DNA of 64,000 nucleotides from Rickettsiales bacterium (GCA_965247145.1 CBDFGH010000010.1:38231-102230); one strand, 5' to 3'; shown: positions 37,146 to 51,564, counted from the stretch's first letter. Notes: a model not told the origin generated them from the sequence alone. Made by a program: numbers and translations.

Positions 37146-37254
37146 CTTCTCCCTCTGGGAGAAGGTTGGATGAGGGTCGCTCCGCGAGTTAGAACCAGCC
37201 GGTGGACCCTCACCGGCTCGCGGCTGCACTCGCCACCCTTCCAAAAGAAGAGGG
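37146..37254. repeat. Nested-palindrome intergenic repeat, copy 3 (subtype B, degenerate)
   Basis: cttctccctctgggagaaggttggatgagggtc ... gaccctcac...cccttccaaaagaagaggg. It fills the convergent ridA/symporter gap. Confidence 0.7.
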
Positions 37255-37259
37255 CTCAA

Positions 37260-38537
37260 TCACGCCGCGTAATACATCTCTTTATCCAGCGTATTTTCGC
37301 TCGCATCCACCACCAGCGTAATCGCCGCGTCGCCGGTGATGTTGATGGTGGTGCGCAGCATGTCCAGCACGCGGTCGATGCCCATGATGACACCGATGGT
37401 CTCGATCGGCAGGCCGACGCTGGAGAGCACCATGCCCATGAAGATCAGCGAGCCGCTGGGAATGCCCGCCGCGCCGATGCTCGCCACCGTGCAGGTGAGA
37501 ATGAGTGTGAAATACTGGCTCCAATCCAGCGTAATCCCGAAGGCCTGGGCGGTGAACATGGCACAGATGCCGAGATAGATCGCCGTGCCGTCCATATTGA
37601 TCGAGGCCCCCAGCGGCAGCACGAAATTGGCGCTGCCCTTGGAGACGCCCAGGCGTTCCTGCAGCACGCGCATGGCGGTGGTCAGGGTCGCTTTGCTGGA
37701 GGAGGTGGCGAAAGCCAGCGCCTGGGCTTCCACCATCTTGCGGTAGAAAGGCAGCGGCGAAACGCGGCCGACGATGAGGATGAGGAGGCCGAACAGCAGA
37801 TATTGGAACAAGCAGGCCGCCACCACCGCCACCACCAAGGTGCCGAGGGATTTGAGAATGTCGAATCCTTGCGTGGCCACCAACCAGGAGATGAAGCCGA
37901 AGACGCCGAAAGGCGAAAGCTTCACGATCAGCTCGATCATCTTGAAGGTGAGCGTCGCCCCTTCGTGGCACAGGCGCAGCAGGTTGGGCACCTTGCCGCG
38001 CACGAGATTGAGCGTGACGCCGGTGAAGATGGAGAAAACCACCACCTGCAGAATGTTGCCCTCCGCCATCGCGCCGATGGCGTTGGTGGGGATGAAGCTC
38101 ATCAGCAATTCGCCGAAACCGGTGGGGGCTTTCGCCGCCGGGGCATTGCCCGCGAATTGCGCGAGGTCGATGGAAAGACCGACGCCGGGATGGAACAGAT
38201 GCCCCGCCACGAGACCGATCACCACCGCGAAGGCCGCCGTGGTAAGGAAAGCAGCCACGGCCTTGCCCGCGATGCGCGAGAAATTCTGGTCGTCCCCCAG
38301 ATTGGTGATGCCGTAGACCAGCGCGAAGAACACCAGCGGGATCACCACCATCTTGATGAGGTCGATAAAGATGATGCCGAGCGGCTTGAACATCGCCGCA
38401 TCCTCGGCGCTCATCACACCGCTGGCGATTTCATGTTTGAACAGCAACCCGACCGCGATCCCGAGAATCAGCGCGACGACGACCTGCTGCCATAAGGGGA
38501 AGCGGGGAGTGACGGGAGAAGATTCCGAAGCGTCCAT
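37260..38537 (-). CDS. Dicarboxylate/amino acid:cation symporter (DAACS, GltP/DctA-like)
   Basis: 425 aa with family motifs ...SSSKATLTTAM..., ...LPLGASINMDGTAIY..., ...IGAAGIPSGSL..., ...DRVLDMLRTTINITGD... Confidence 0.88.
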   Translation of the reverse strand: MDASESSPVTPRFPLWQQVVVALILGIAVGLLFKHEIASGVMSAEDAAMFKPLGIIFIDLIKMVVIPLVFFALVYGITNLGDDQNFSRIAGKAVAAFLTTAAFAVVIGLVAGHLFHPGVGLSIDLAQFAGNAPAAKAPTGFGELLMSFIPTNAIGAMAEGNILQVVVFSIFTGVTLNLVRGKVPNLLRLCHEGATLTFKMIELIVKLSPFGVFGFISWLVATQGFDILKSLGTLVVAVVAACLFQYLLFGLLILIVGRVSPLPFYRKMVEAQALAFATSSSKATLTTAMRVLQERLGVSKGSANFVLPLGASINMDGTAIYLGICAMFTAQAFGITLDWSQYFTLILTCTVASIGAAGIPSGSLIFMGMVLSSVGLPIETIGVIMGIDRVLDMLRTTINITGDAAITLVVDASENTLDKEMYYAA

Positions 38538-38627
38538 GCGAAGTCCGATGCAAGCGTGGCGGGCGTGGGCCGCACATTAGCGGGCGCGCATGGCTTGGCA
38601 AGGGGAATTGGTGAGAACGCCCCGCCG

Positions 38628-39968
38628 TTAATCGCCGCTTTCGGCTTGCGGGGGCGCAGCCTCTTCCGCCGTCTCCGCGCCCGGCGCGGTCGCGTTCCTC
38701 GTGTAACTGCCTTCAGGGCTTAGGTAACGGGTGGCGAAAGGCGTGGGCAGCGGCACGTGGTGCTGGCGGAATTGCTCGAGGATCGCCATCCAGATCTCGG
38801 TCTTCGCCGCCGCCGTGCCCTTGGTGATATCGGACACCCAGAAATAACTTACCATCTCCACATAGCCTTCCTTGAAGGCGGCGATGAAGCAGGTGGGTTC
38901 CGGGGTGGGAGAGACGTAGGGGTGCGCTTTCACCGCCGCCAGCATGATGGCGCGCACGGCATTGAGATCGGCCTCATAAGCCACGAAAGTGCGCAGATCG
39001 AGCTTCCCCTTGCGCCCGGCGTAAGTGAGGTTGATGACGCGCTGGGTGATGAATTGCTCGTTGGGGATGAGGCAGGCGCGCCCGTCATCCGTATCCACCA
39101 GCGTATAGCGCGCGCCCGTGCGGCGCACATAGCCGGTCAGGCCGCTTTCCAAGGTGATCTGGTCGTTGACCTCGATCGAGCGTTCCATCAGCAGGATGAT
39201 GCCGCTGACGAAATTCGAGGCGATCTTCTGCAACCCGAACCCGATCCCCACACCGAGCGCGCCGCCGAAGACGGTGAGCGCCGTGACATCCACCCCCAGA
39301 ATCGACAATGCAATGAGGCCGACGATGCAATAAAGCGCGATGGTCAGTGTTTTCAGCAGCAATTGCCGCGTGCTGCCGCGAATCGACAGCTTGCCCAGCA
39401 CGCGTTCGCTGCCGCGCTGCACCGCGCCCGCCAGCCACAGCAGCACGATCAGCGCCAGCAGCGAACTGAGCACGCCATACAGCGTCACCTTGATCTTGCC
39501 GAATTTGTATTGGATGCCCTGGCTCGCCTCGATGGCGGGATTGAGCAACTCCAGCACATCCAGCATGAACAACCCGCCGATGACGATGATGCAGAAAACG
39601 CGGGCCACCGCACTTTTCACGAAAAGCAATATGCCCTGCAGCAGCAGCCAGCCGAAGAAGAGCTTTCCAGCGATAGGGAAAGCCTCCACCGGAATGCCGT
39701 CATGCGACAACGCGCTATAGACCACGCCGGTGAGGATCAGCGTAAGCAGCGGAGTTGCGAGCGGGAGCAGGTAGATCGAGCCGTCGAGCACCGATTGGGC
39801 GAGCTTGTGCCTGCTGGTCGTGCGCAGGCGGCGCAGCCAGTAGCTCAGGCCGGTGCGCAGCACGAAAGCGAACAAGACGATGGCGATGAGAATCAAAAAC
39901 TGCGCCCAGCCTTCGGGCTGTACCAGCACATCGTCGAACCAGCTGCGCAAAGTGGTGAATGCTTTCAT
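38628..39968 (-). CDS. Mechanosensitive ion channel (MscS family, extended N-terminal TM region)
   Basis: Several N-terminal TMs, then the MscS core (...ALTVFGGALGVGIGFGLQKIASNFVSGIILLMERSIEVNDQITL...GYVRRTGARYT...). The ATG at 39968 overlaps the kinase stop (ATGA). The longer track ORF runs out of frame through the kinase gene. Confidence 0.8.
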   Translation of the reverse strand: MKAFTTLRSWFDDVLVQPEGWAQFLILIAIVLFAFVLRTGLSYWLRRLRTTSRHKLAQSVLDGSIYLLPLATPLLTLILTGVVYSALSHDGIPVEAFPIAGKLFFGWLLLQGILLFVKSAVARVFCIIVIGGLFMLDVLELLNPAIEASQGIQYKFGKIKVTLYGVLSSLLALIVLLWLAGAVQRGSERVLGKLSIRGSTRQLLLKTLTIALYCIVGLIALSILGVDVTALTVFGGALGVGIGFGLQKIASNFVSGIILLMERSIEVNDQITLESGLTGYVRRTGARYTLVDTDDGRACLIPNEQFITQRVINLTYAGRKGKLDLRTFVAYEADLNAVRAIMLAAVKAHPYVSPTPEPTCFIAAFKEGYVEMVSYFWVSDITKGTAAAKTEIWMAILEQFRQHHVPLPTPFATRYLSPEGSYTRNATAPGAETAEEAAPPQAESGD

Positions 39969-41029
39969 GCTTCCTCGTCGTCTTCGGGCAAGGCGTCTTC
40001 GGGGGTCGGGGACGCATCCGCCACGGCGGGAAGGCGGATGTCGACGATCAGCCCGGTGCCGCTGTCGGGGCTGCGCAATGTTAGTGTGCCCTGGTGTAAA
40101 TCGACAATGCGCTTGACGATGGCGAGGCCCAGCCCAGTGCCGGACTGATCGGTGGTCGGGGCTTTCACGAAGCGTTCCAGCACCCGCCCGCGATCCTGCA
40201 CCTGGATGCCCGGGCCATTGTCGCTGACGCGCAGGATCGCCCAATGCTTGCCCTCCGGCGTGATCTCCGAATCCACCTCTACCGTGATCGCGCCGCCTGC
40301 GGGCACATAGGCGATGGCGTTGCGCAGCAGGTTCGACAGCAGCACAGCGACGCTGTCTTTGTGCGCCAGCGCCTTGCCGCGCCCGCCTTCGGCTAAGGTG
40401 AGCTTGATGCTTTTCTCCATCGCCCGGTTGGCCACGGTCGCCATCACGAACTGCGCCACGCGCATGAGGTTGGTGGGCCGCAGCTGGCCCTCGATCTTGC
40501 CCGGCGCGAGGCGGGAAAGGGTGAGGAGTTGCTCGACCAGATGGGTGGCGCGGTCGACGCTGCGCAGGATGTTGCGCATCGCCTTGCCGCGCGCCTTGTC
40601 GTCTCCCGCGCGCATGGCGAGCTGGGCCTGCAGGCGGATACCGGAAAGCGGCGTGCGCAATTCGTGGCTGGCATGGGCGCTGAAATCCCGCTCGTTCTGA
40701 TAGATGTCTTTCAGGCGGTAGATACTGCGATTCAGCGCCACCAGCAAAGGCGCGGCTTCCGGTGGGGCGGCTTCGGCATCGAAGGGCTCGAGCGTTTCCA
40801 GCACATGCTCTTCCAGCGTGCCCGCGATGGTCCGCACCTCGGCATATTTCCGCCGCGTCAGATGCATCTGCCACATCCACAATCCTGCGGCGGGCAATGA
40901 AACGGAAAGCGCCGCGAACGGCACCAGCGCGACCGGCAGCGGATGCGGCAGCACCCACCAGGCGGCAGCGGTCCAGGCGAAAGCAAGGAGAAACAACGCC
41001 CCGAGAAGGAGCTCGGGCCGGTTAGGCAT
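39965..41029 (-). CDS. Sensor histidine kinase with a minimal extracytoplasmic loop
   Basis: Two TMs separated by only a few residues. H-box SHELRTPLSGI, N-box LLRNAIAY and G-boxes DNGPGI / GTGLGLAIV. Confidence 0.85.
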   Translation of the reverse strand: MPNRPELLLGALFLLAFAWTAAAWWVLPHPLPVALVPFAALSVSLPAAGLWMWQMHLTRRKYAEVRTIAGTLEEHVLETLEPFDAEAAPPEAAPLLVALNRSIYRLKDIYQNERDFSAHASHELRTPLSGIRLQAQLAMRAGDDKARGKAMRNILRSVDRATHLVEQLLTLSRLAPGKIEGQLRPTNLMRVAQFVMATVANRAMEKSIKLTLAEGGRGKALAHKDSVAVLLSNLLRNAIAYVPAGGAITVEVDSEITPEGKHWAILRVSDNGPGIQVQDRGRVLERFVKAPTTDQSGTGLGLAIVKRIVDLHQGTLTLRSPDSGTGLIVDIRLPAVADASPTPEDALPEDDEEA

Positions 41030-41834
41030 CGGAGGCTCCGGCGGTTCTTAAGCTCTCCCCCTTGAGGGTGGAGGGTTGGGTGGGGGTGGCGCCGCTGGTT
41101 CCGGCATTCGCGGCTCCACCCCCCTCCTGCCTCCCCCCCTCAAGGAGGGAGGTTTCTTTATCCGGCGCATCCATCACATACCCCAGGCCCCGCACCGTGC
41201 GGATGGCTTCTTTGCCCAGCTTCTTGCGCAGCCCGTGGATATGCACCTCCACCGTGTTGCTTTCGATCTCCATATCCCAGCCATACAGGCTGTCTTCCAG
41301 CTGTGCCTTGGTCACGATCTTGCCGGATTTCTCCATCAGCAGATGCAGCAGGGCCAGCTCTTTCGGCCCGAGTTCGATCTTCGCGCCGTTCAGCGTCACC
41401 CGCCGTGCGGCGGGATCGAGCGCGATGGGGCCGAGGGTGATGAGCGGCGAGGCCTGCCCCTGCGCCCGGCGGCGCAAGGCGCGTACGCGGGCCATGAGTT
41501 CGCCCAGATCGAACGGCTTGATGAGGTAATCGTCCGCCCCGTGATCGAGCCCCTTGATGCGGTCGTCGAACGTATCGTAGGCCGTGAGGATCAGCACGGG
41601 CAGGGGCTGGCTGCCCTGCTTGGTCTGCTTCTCGCGCAGGCCCTTCAGCACCTCCAGGCCCGAACCGTCCGGCAGCCCGAGATCGAGGATCATCAGCGCA
41701 TATTCGTTCGCAGCCAACGCGTCCTTCGCCTCGGCCACATTTTTCACCCAATCGGCGGCATATTGCTCCATGGTCAGGGCCGACACCAGCCCGTCGCCCA
41801 GAATTTTGTCGTCTTCCACGATGAGAATGCGCAT
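41022..41834 (-). CDS. OmpR-family response regulator with a ~48-aa repeat-derived C-terminal tail
   Basis: MRILIVEDD..., phospho-acceptor LMILDLGLPDG, LILTA, and a winged helix ending ...IRTVRGLGYVM. It is followed by a Gly/Ala/Thr-rich tail that covers the repeat. The stop overlaps the kinase ATG by 8 nt. Confidence 0.88.
   Translation of the reverse strand: MRILIVEDDKILGDGLVSALTMEQYAADWVKNVAEAKDALAANEYALMILDLGLPDGSGLEVLKGLREKQTKQGSQPLPVLILTAYDTFDDRIKGLDHGADDYLIKPFDLGELMARVRALRRRAQGQASPLITLGPIALDPAARRVTLNGAKIELGPKELALLHLLMEKSGKIVTKAQLEDSLYGWDMEIESNTVEVHIHGLRKKLGKEAIRTVRGLGYVMDAPDKETSLLEGGRQEGGGAANAGTSGATPTQPSTLKGESLRTAGASDA
41053..41152. repeat. Nested-palindrome repeat, copy 4 (subtype A), lying inside the 3' end of the regulator ORF
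   Basis: ctcccccttgagggtggagggttgggtgggggtgg ... ccacccccctcctgcctccccccctcaaggagggagg. Confidence 0.75.
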
Positions 41835-41911
41835 ATCGGTCTCCTCCGCCGCGAGTGTGGCACGCCACGGCGCGCAGTCAACTTTTTTGCCGCCCGCACT
41901 GTATGGCAGAC

Positions 41912-41940
41912 AAAAAAAGACCCGCCGCAAGGCGGGCCTT
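41912..41940 (-). terminator. Rho-independent terminator after the small secreted-protein gene
   Basis: Minus strand: ggcccgcc-ttgc-ggcgggtc followed by TTTTTTT. Confidence 0.8.
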
Positions 41941-41957
41941 TTCGAGTAGGAAACCGT

Positions 41958-42245
41958 TTACTTGGCTTCTTTGGTTTCGGTCTTCACTTCGTTTTTGGTT
42001 TCGATCTTGGCGGGGGTGCTGGAAACGACCGGGGCTTTGGCGATGGTCAGCGGCTTGGCAGGCACCGCTTTGGCATCCACGATCTTGGCATCTTTCTTGT
42101 CGATCACCTTGGTATCCGCCACCGGGGCGGTGGTGGTCAGCGTGGTTTCTTTTTTGCTTTCGACGGTGCCGGTCGCCAGCGGCGCGGCAAAAGCGGGAAC
42201 GGCGATCACGGAAGCGAGCAGCGCGAGAACGGTGAATTTGGTCAT
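41958..42245 (-). CDS. Small secreted Lys/Thr/Ala-rich low-complexity protein (95 aa)
   Basis: Signal peptide MTKFTVLALLASVIAVPAFA, followed by its own terminator. Confidence 0.5.
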   Translation of the reverse strand: MTKFTVLALLASVIAVPAFAAPLATGTVESKKETTLTTTAPVADTKVIDKKDAKIVDAKAVPAKPLTIAKAPVVSSTPAKIETKNEVKTETKEAK

Positions 42246-42360
42246 GGGACGTTTCCTTGTGTGGAGGAATGAGTGAAGCCGAATCTTCGGCACATCCCCG
42301 TTCTACGCCCCCCACATTAAGCCCACCTGATGCGGGGCTTAAGCGGAGATGAAGGCGAAT

Positions 42361-42765
42361 TTAAGCCCCCAAAGATTTTTGGTCCTTTTGCAGTAGCGTC
42401 CGCAAAGCTCGCTTTGCCGCAGCTTGGTGCGCTTCATATCGATCTTCCGCCTCGGGGGAGGCGGCAAGTAAGGCAGAGTAGGGATCGGGCATATCGCCGA
42501 TGCTGCGTGCGATGTCTTGCAGAATGGTTTTGATGGCGGGAATGGGACATGCAGTGGAGGCAGCTCGCAGTTCTTCCCATCCTGCCATGCCCGCATTGCC
42601 GAAATATTGCGCTATGCCGCCGTTTCTCGTTTCCATATCCAGCCGGGCGAAGGCATGGCAAAGCCGTTCGGCGGAAGTGAGCGTGGCCGGGGCTTCCTGA
42701 CGCTTCTGCTCGATGCGCTGAAAGGCGTCGAGCAGCCAATCTTCCAATGCCCAATCGTCCTGCAT
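42361..42765 (-). CDS. DUF4375/DMP19-like protein (recalled motif only)
   Basis: ATG at 42765 preceded by GAGGAG. The segment ...ARLDMETRNGGIAQYFGNAGMAGWEEL... resembles the NGGF.QYF.N core I associate with the DMP19/DUF4375 family. Confidence 0.45.
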   Translation of the reverse strand: MQDDWALEDWLLDAFQRIEQKRQEAPATLTSAERLCHAFARLDMETRNGGIAQYFGNAGMAGWEELRAASTACPIPAIKTILQDIARSIGDMPDPYSALLAASPEAEDRYEAHQAAAKRALRTLLQKDQKSLGA

Positions 42766-42865
42766 CCAACGCTCCTCGTGATGCGGCCAGCATAGCCCGG
42801 CCAGATCATACGCCAACAAAAAACCCCCACGCTAGGTGGGGGTTTTTCTTTCGATACGGAATCAC

Positions 42866-47095
<4,230 letters not shown>

Positions 47096-47104
47096 TTTTT
47101 TCTC

Positions 47105-47212
47105 CGATGAATCGATGAAAGATGAATCGATGAGTCGATTGGGCTTTCGTCGAAGTAGGCGTTTAAGTTGGGATGAACCGATTCATCGACGCATCGTTCA
47201 TCGATTCATCCC
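47105..47212 (-). promoter_or_regulatory. Long imperfect inverted repeat (predicted extended stem-loop) in the rpoB-rpoC spacer
   Basis: gatgaatcgatgaaagatgaatcgatgagtcgatt ... aaccgattcatcgacgcatcgttcatcgattcatc. The ~35-nt arms are AT-richer than their surroundings. Confidence 0.6.
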
Positions 47213-47218
47213 AATATT

Positions 47219-50200
47219 CTAAGCGGCGTCCGATTCCTGCAATTGCACGTTCAGGCCCAGGGAACGCAGTTCCTTGACCATGACGTGGAACGATTCGGGG
47301 ATGCCCGACTCGAAGCTGTGATCGCCGCGCACGAGCGACTCATACACTTTGGAGCGGCCCGCCACGTCGTCCGACTTGACGGTGAGCATTTCCTGCAAGG
47401 TGTAGGCCGCGCCGTAGGCTTGCAAGGCCCAGCATTCCATTTCCCCGAAGCGTTGGCCGCCGAACTGCGACTTCCCGCCCAGAGGCTGCTGGGTGACGAG
47501 GGAGTACGGCCCGATGGAGCGCGCGTGGATCTTGTCATCGACCAGATGGTGGAGCTTCAGCATGTAGATGATGCCCACCGTCACTTTGCGGTCGAAGGAT
47601 TCACCGGTGCGTCCGTCGATCAGGGTGACCTGACCAGAGGAATCCTGACCGGCCTTCTGCAGCCAATGCACGATATCCGCTTCGCCCGCGCCATCGAAGA
47701 CGGGGGTCGCGAAGGGCAGGCCTTTTTTGAGGTTGGTGGCGAGTTCGACCACTTCCTCGGTGTTCATCTTCTTCACGTTGGCGTTGATCGCATCGTCTTC
47801 GTACATGGTGCCGATCATGTTGCGCAGCTCGTCGATCTTCTGACCGCCCTGATACGCATCCAAGGCGGCGGCGACTTGCTTGCCGATGCCGATGGAAGCC
47901 CAGCCGAGGTGGGTCTCGAGAATCTGACCGACGTTCATGCGCGAAGGCACGCCCAGCGGGTTCAGCACGATGTCGACCTGCGTACCGTCTTCCAGATGCG
48001 GCATGTCTTCGAGCGGCACGATGCGGGAAACGACCCCTTTGTTGCCATGGCGTCCGGCCATTTTATCGCCCGGTTGCAGCTTGCGCTTCACCGCCACGAA
48101 GACCTTCACCATTTTCAGCACGCCGGGGGGCATGTCGTCGCCGGACTGCACTTTTTCCACCTTGTCGGCGAAACGCGCACCCAATTGACGCTCGGCCGCA
48201 TCCAGCTGGTTTTTCAACTGCTCGATGGAGCGGGTGGCTTTTTCGTCTTCCACCACGATCTGCCACCATTGGCCCTTGCTCAGGGATTCCAGCAGCGCAT
48301 CGTCGATCTTGCTCTTCGGCTTGGTGCCTTTCGGGCCGGTGACCATTTCCTTGCCGGTCAGCAGGCGCTTCAATTCACCGTAGACGTAGCGATCCACGAT
48401 CGCGCGCTCATCGTCGCGATCCTTCGCCAGGCGTTCGATTTCCGATTTCTCCAAGGCCAGCGCGCGTTCATCCTTCTCGATGCCGCGACGGCTGAAGATA
48501 CGAACGCCGACGATGGTACCCGAGACGCCCGGCGGCAGCCGCAGGGAGGAATCACGCACATCCGCCGCTTTTTCGCCGAAAATGGCACGCAGCAGCTTTT
48601 CTTCCGGCGTCATGGGAGATTCGGATTTCGGCGTGACTTTACCGACGAGGATATCGCCCGGCTTCACTTCCGCCCCGATATGCACCACGCCGACTTCATC
48701 CAACTGGCGAAGCGCTTCTTCACCGACGTTCGGAATATCGCGGGTCACTTCTTCGGCACCCAGTTTGGTGTCGCGCGCCATGACTTCGTATTCCTCGATA
48801 TGGATCGAGGTGAAGACGTCGTCGGACACGATACGCTCGGAGATCAGGATCGAATCTTCGAAGTTGTAGCCGTTCCACGGCATGAAGGCGACGAGCACGT
48901 TGCGGCCCAGGGCGAGTTCGCCCAAGTCCGTCGAGGCGCCATCGGCGATGATGTCGCCCGCTTTCACCACATCGCCCACTTTCACCAGCGGACGCTGGTT
49001 GATGCAGGTGTTCTGGTTGGAGCGCTGGAACTTCTGGAGGTTGTAGATATCCACGCCCGGTGCATCGTAGGCCGATTGATCGGCGGTGCGCAGCACCACG
49101 CGGGTGGCGTCGACCTGATCCACCACGCCATCGCGGCGGGCGGTGATCGCGGCGCCGGAATCATGGGCCACGGTCGCTTCCATGCCGGTACCCACCAGGG
49201 GTGCCTCGTTGCGCAGCAAGGGAACTGCTTGGCGTTGCATGTTCGAACCCATCAGCGCGCGGTTCGCATCATCGTTCTCGAGGAACGGGATGAGCGCGGC
49301 GGCGACGGATACCAACTGCTTGGGCGCGACGTCGATATAATCGATCTCCAGCGGCGGGGCCATGACGAAATCGCCGCGGCGGCGGGCCGAAACCAGCTCC
49401 TCGGTGAACTTGCCGCCTTTGTCTTGCGCGGCGGAAGCCTGAGCGATGGTGTAGCGGCCTTCTTCGATGGCCGAGAGATAGGTCACTTCACCAGCCACTT
49501 TGCCGTTGATGACCTTGCGGTAAGGCGATTCGATGAAGCCGTATTTGTTGATGCGGGCATAGGTCGCCATCGAGTTGATAAGGCCGATGTTCGGACCTTC
49601 CGGGGTTTCGATCGGGCAGATGCGGCCGTAATGGGTCGGGTGCACGTCGCGCACTTCGAAGCCCGCACGTTCACGCGTCAAGCCACCTGGCCCAAGGGCC
49701 GAAAGGCGGCGCTTGTGGGTGATTTCGGAAAGCGGATTGGTCTGATCCATGAACTGGCTCAGCTGGCTGGAGCCGAAGAATTCGCGCACCGCAGCCGAAA
49801 CCGGCTTGGCGTTCACGAGGTCATGCGGCATCACGGTGTCGATATCCACGCTGGACATACGCTCGACGATGGAACGCACCATGCGCAGCAGACCCACGCG
49901 GTACTGGTTCTCCATCAACTCGCCCACCGAGCGCACGCGACGGTTGCCCAGGTGATCGATATCGTCGATTTCGCCCTGGCCGTCCTTCAGACCGACCAGC
50001 AGCTTCATGGCAGCCAGGATGTCTTCCTTGGTCAGCGTGCCGTTTTCTTCCGGCGACTCGATGCCCAGGCGGGCATTCAGCTTCATGCGGCCCACGGCGG
50101 AGAGATCGTAACGCTCCGCATCGAAAAACAGGCTTTTGAACAAAGCTTCCGCAGCTTCCACCGTGGCAGGCTCGCCGGGACGCATGACGCGGTAGATATC

Positions 50201-51343
50201 CAGCAGCGCTTCTTCGGTGTTGGTGTTTTTATCCAGCGCCAGCGTGTTGCGGATGTAGGGCCCGACGCGCACGCCGTCGATGTCCAGCACAGGGAGTTCC
50301 TTGATCCCGCCTTCGGCCAGCAGCTTGATGCCGTCCACGGTCAGTTCGTCACCGGCTTCGATGTAGATTTCGCCAGTCTCTTCGTTGATCAGATCGGCGG
50401 CGAAATAATGCCCGGCCAGCTGCTCGTCCGTCAGCAGAATATCTTTCAGACCGTTTTCTTCGAGTTGCTTCAGCACGCGGCTGGTCAGTTTCTTGCCCGC
50501 TTCGGCCACGACCTTGCCGGTTTTGGCGTCGATCATATCCTGGTCGATCTTGGCGCCTTTCCACTTCTCGGCCTTGTAGCCGGTGGACCAGCCATCCTTG
50601 TGCTTTTTGTAGGTCACGGTGTTGTAGAAAGTGCCCAAAATCGCTTCGGTCTGCAGGCCCAGGGCGCGCAGCAAAGTGGTCGCCGGCAGCTTGCGCTTGC
50701 GATCGATGCGGACGAAGACGATGTCCTTCGCGTCGAATTCGAAATCGAGCCAGGAGCCGCGGTAGGGGATGACGCGGGCGGAGAACAGAATCTTGCCCGA
50801 GCTGTGCGACTTGCCCTGGTCGTGGCTGAAGAAGACGCCGGGGCTGCGGTGCATCTGGGAGACGATCACGCGCTCGGTGCCGTTGATGATGAAGGTGCCG
50901 TTGTCGGTCATGAGCGGAATGTCGCCCATATAGACGTCTTGTTCCTTGATGTCCTTGATCTCGCGCGCGCCCGTATCGGCATCCACGTCCCAGACGATCA
51001 AACGCAGCGTCACGCGCAGGGGAGCGGAGAAGTTGATGTCGCGCTGGCGGCATTCATCCACGTCGTATTTCGGCGCATCGAATTCATACTTCACGAATTC
51101 CAGCGTCGCGGTATCGGCGAAATCCTTGATCGGGAAGACCGATTTGAACACGGCTTGCAGACCGTAATCCTTGCGCACGGCACCGGAGGAATGTTCCATC
51201 TGCAGGAACTGGTCGTAGGAATTCTTCTGCACCTCGATCAGATTCGGCAGACGCGTGGCGCTCTCGAGGCGACCGAAGCTCTTGCGGAAACGTTTGCGGG
51301 CGGTGAAGGAATGGACATTGCTGGTAGCGGCGGCTTGAGCCAT
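47219..51343 (-). CDS. rpoB: DNA-directed RNA polymerase subunit beta
   Basis: 1374 aa with hallmark segments ([34 protein letters not shown]...). Confidence 0.99.
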   Translation of the reverse strand: MAQAAATSNVHSFTARKRFRKSFGRLESATRLPNLIEVQKNSYDQFLQMEHSSGAVRKDYGLQAVFKSVFPIKDFADTATLEFVKYEFDAPKYDVDECRQRDINFSAPLRVTLRLIVWDVDADTGAREIKDIKEQDVYMGDIPLMTDNGTFIINGTERVIVSQMHRSPGVFFSHDQGKSHSSGKILFSARVIPYRGSWLDFEFDAKDIVFVRIDRKRKLPATTLLRALGLQTEAILGTFYNTVTYKKHKDGWSTGYKAEKWKGAKIDQDMIDAKTGKVVAEAGKKLTSRVLKQLEENGLKDILLTDEQLAGHYFAADLINEETGEIYIEAGDELTVDGIKLLAEGGIKELPVLDIDGVRVGPYIRNTLALDKNTNTEEALLDIYRVMRPGEPATVEAAEALFKSLFFDAERYDLSAVGRMKLNARLGIESPEENGTLTKEDILAAMKLLVGLKDGQGEIDDIDHLGNRRVRSVGELMENQYRVGLLRMVRSIVERMSSVDIDTVMPHDLVNAKPVSAAVREFFGSSQLSQFMDQTNPLSEITHKRRLSALGPGGLTRERAGFEVRDVHPTHYGRICPIETPEGPNIGLINSMATYARINKYGFIESPYRKVINGKVAGEVTYLSAIEEGRYTIAQASAAQDKGGKFTEELVSARRRGDFVMAPPLEIDYIDVAPKQLVSVAAALIPFLENDDANRALMGSNMQRQAVPLLRNEAPLVGTGMEATVAHDSGAAITARRDGVVDQVDATRVVLRTADQSAYDAPGVDIYNLQKFQRSNQNTCINQRPLVKVGDVVKAGDIIADGASTDLGELALGRNVLVAFMPWNGYNFEDSILISERIVSDDVFTSIHIEEYEVMARDTKLGAEEVTRDIPNVGEEALRQLDEVGVVHIGAEVKPGDILVGKVTPKSESPMTPEEKLLRAIFGEKAADVRDSSLRLPPGVSGTIVGVRIFSRRGIEKDERALALEKSEIERLAKDRDDERAIVDRYVYGELKRLLTGKEMVTGPKGTKPKSKIDDALLESLSKGQWWQIVVEDEKATRSIEQLKNQLDAAERQLGARFADKVEKVQSGDDMPPGVLKMVKVFVAVKRKLQPGDKMAGRHGNKGVVSRIVPLEDMPHLEDGTQVDIVLNPLGVPSRMNVGQILETHLGWASIGIGKQVAAALDAYQGGQKIDELRNMIGTMYEDDAINANVKKMNTEEVVELATNLKKGLPFATPVFDGAGEADIVHWLQKAGQDSSGQVTLIDGRTGESFDRKVTVGIIYMLKLHHLVDDKIHARSIGPYSLVTQQPLGGKSQFGGQRFGEMECWALQAYGAAYTLQEMLTVKSDDVAGRSKVYESLVRGDHSFESGIPESFHVMVKELRSLGLNVQLQESDAA

Positions 51344-51535
51344 GACAACCTCTAAGCGCTAAAGAGCGCAATATATTTCATTAGGACGGGTAGGCACTTG
51401 CGGCGGAGGGCCATGCGGCGATGCGAAACGACGAAAACGGCACCGGAAAGCCCCGATACCGCGTCATTCAAAAAATTACTGTAGAAGCATCATGCGTATG
51501 TAGAACCCGAAACCGATATTCCAAGAGGGAAGTTA

Positions 51536-51564
51536 CCGGGCGGTGGCAATCTACCACCACCCGG
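51536..51564 (-). promoter_or_regulatory. GC-rich hairpin in the rplL-rpoB spacer (attenuator-like)
   Basis: Minus strand: ccgggtggtgg-tagatt-gccaccgcccgg (11 bp including one G-U). No U-tract. Its position corresponds to the known rplL-rpoB attenuator region of other bacteria. Confidence 0.45.

Noticed and set aside
39969-40958. The 776-aa ORF 38628-40958 read as a single large protein.
   Set aside because: Its N-terminal third is an out-of-frame read through the histidine kinase gene (Arg/Gly/Ala-rich). MscS homology starts at the ATG at 39968.
42300-42345. The hairpin ttaagccc...gggcttaa downstream of the DMP19-like gene, considered as a terminator.
   Set aside because: No U-tract follows it on the transcribed (minus) strand, so it is not convincingly an intrinsic terminator.
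47243-51355. Very long antisense ORFs mirroring real genes. Examples are 1370 aa opposite rpoB; 44246-46510 opposite rpoC; 13678-15612 opposite ppk; 60179-62071 opposite typA; 25473-27290 opposite virD4; 3852-5483 opposite waaA; and 8475-9728 opposite the DUF2066-like gene.
   Set aside because: Their translations are Arg/Gly/His/Asp-rich low-complexity sequences with no motifs, and they lie opposite unmistakable conserved genes. Stop-poor antisense frames like these are an expected artefact of high GC.
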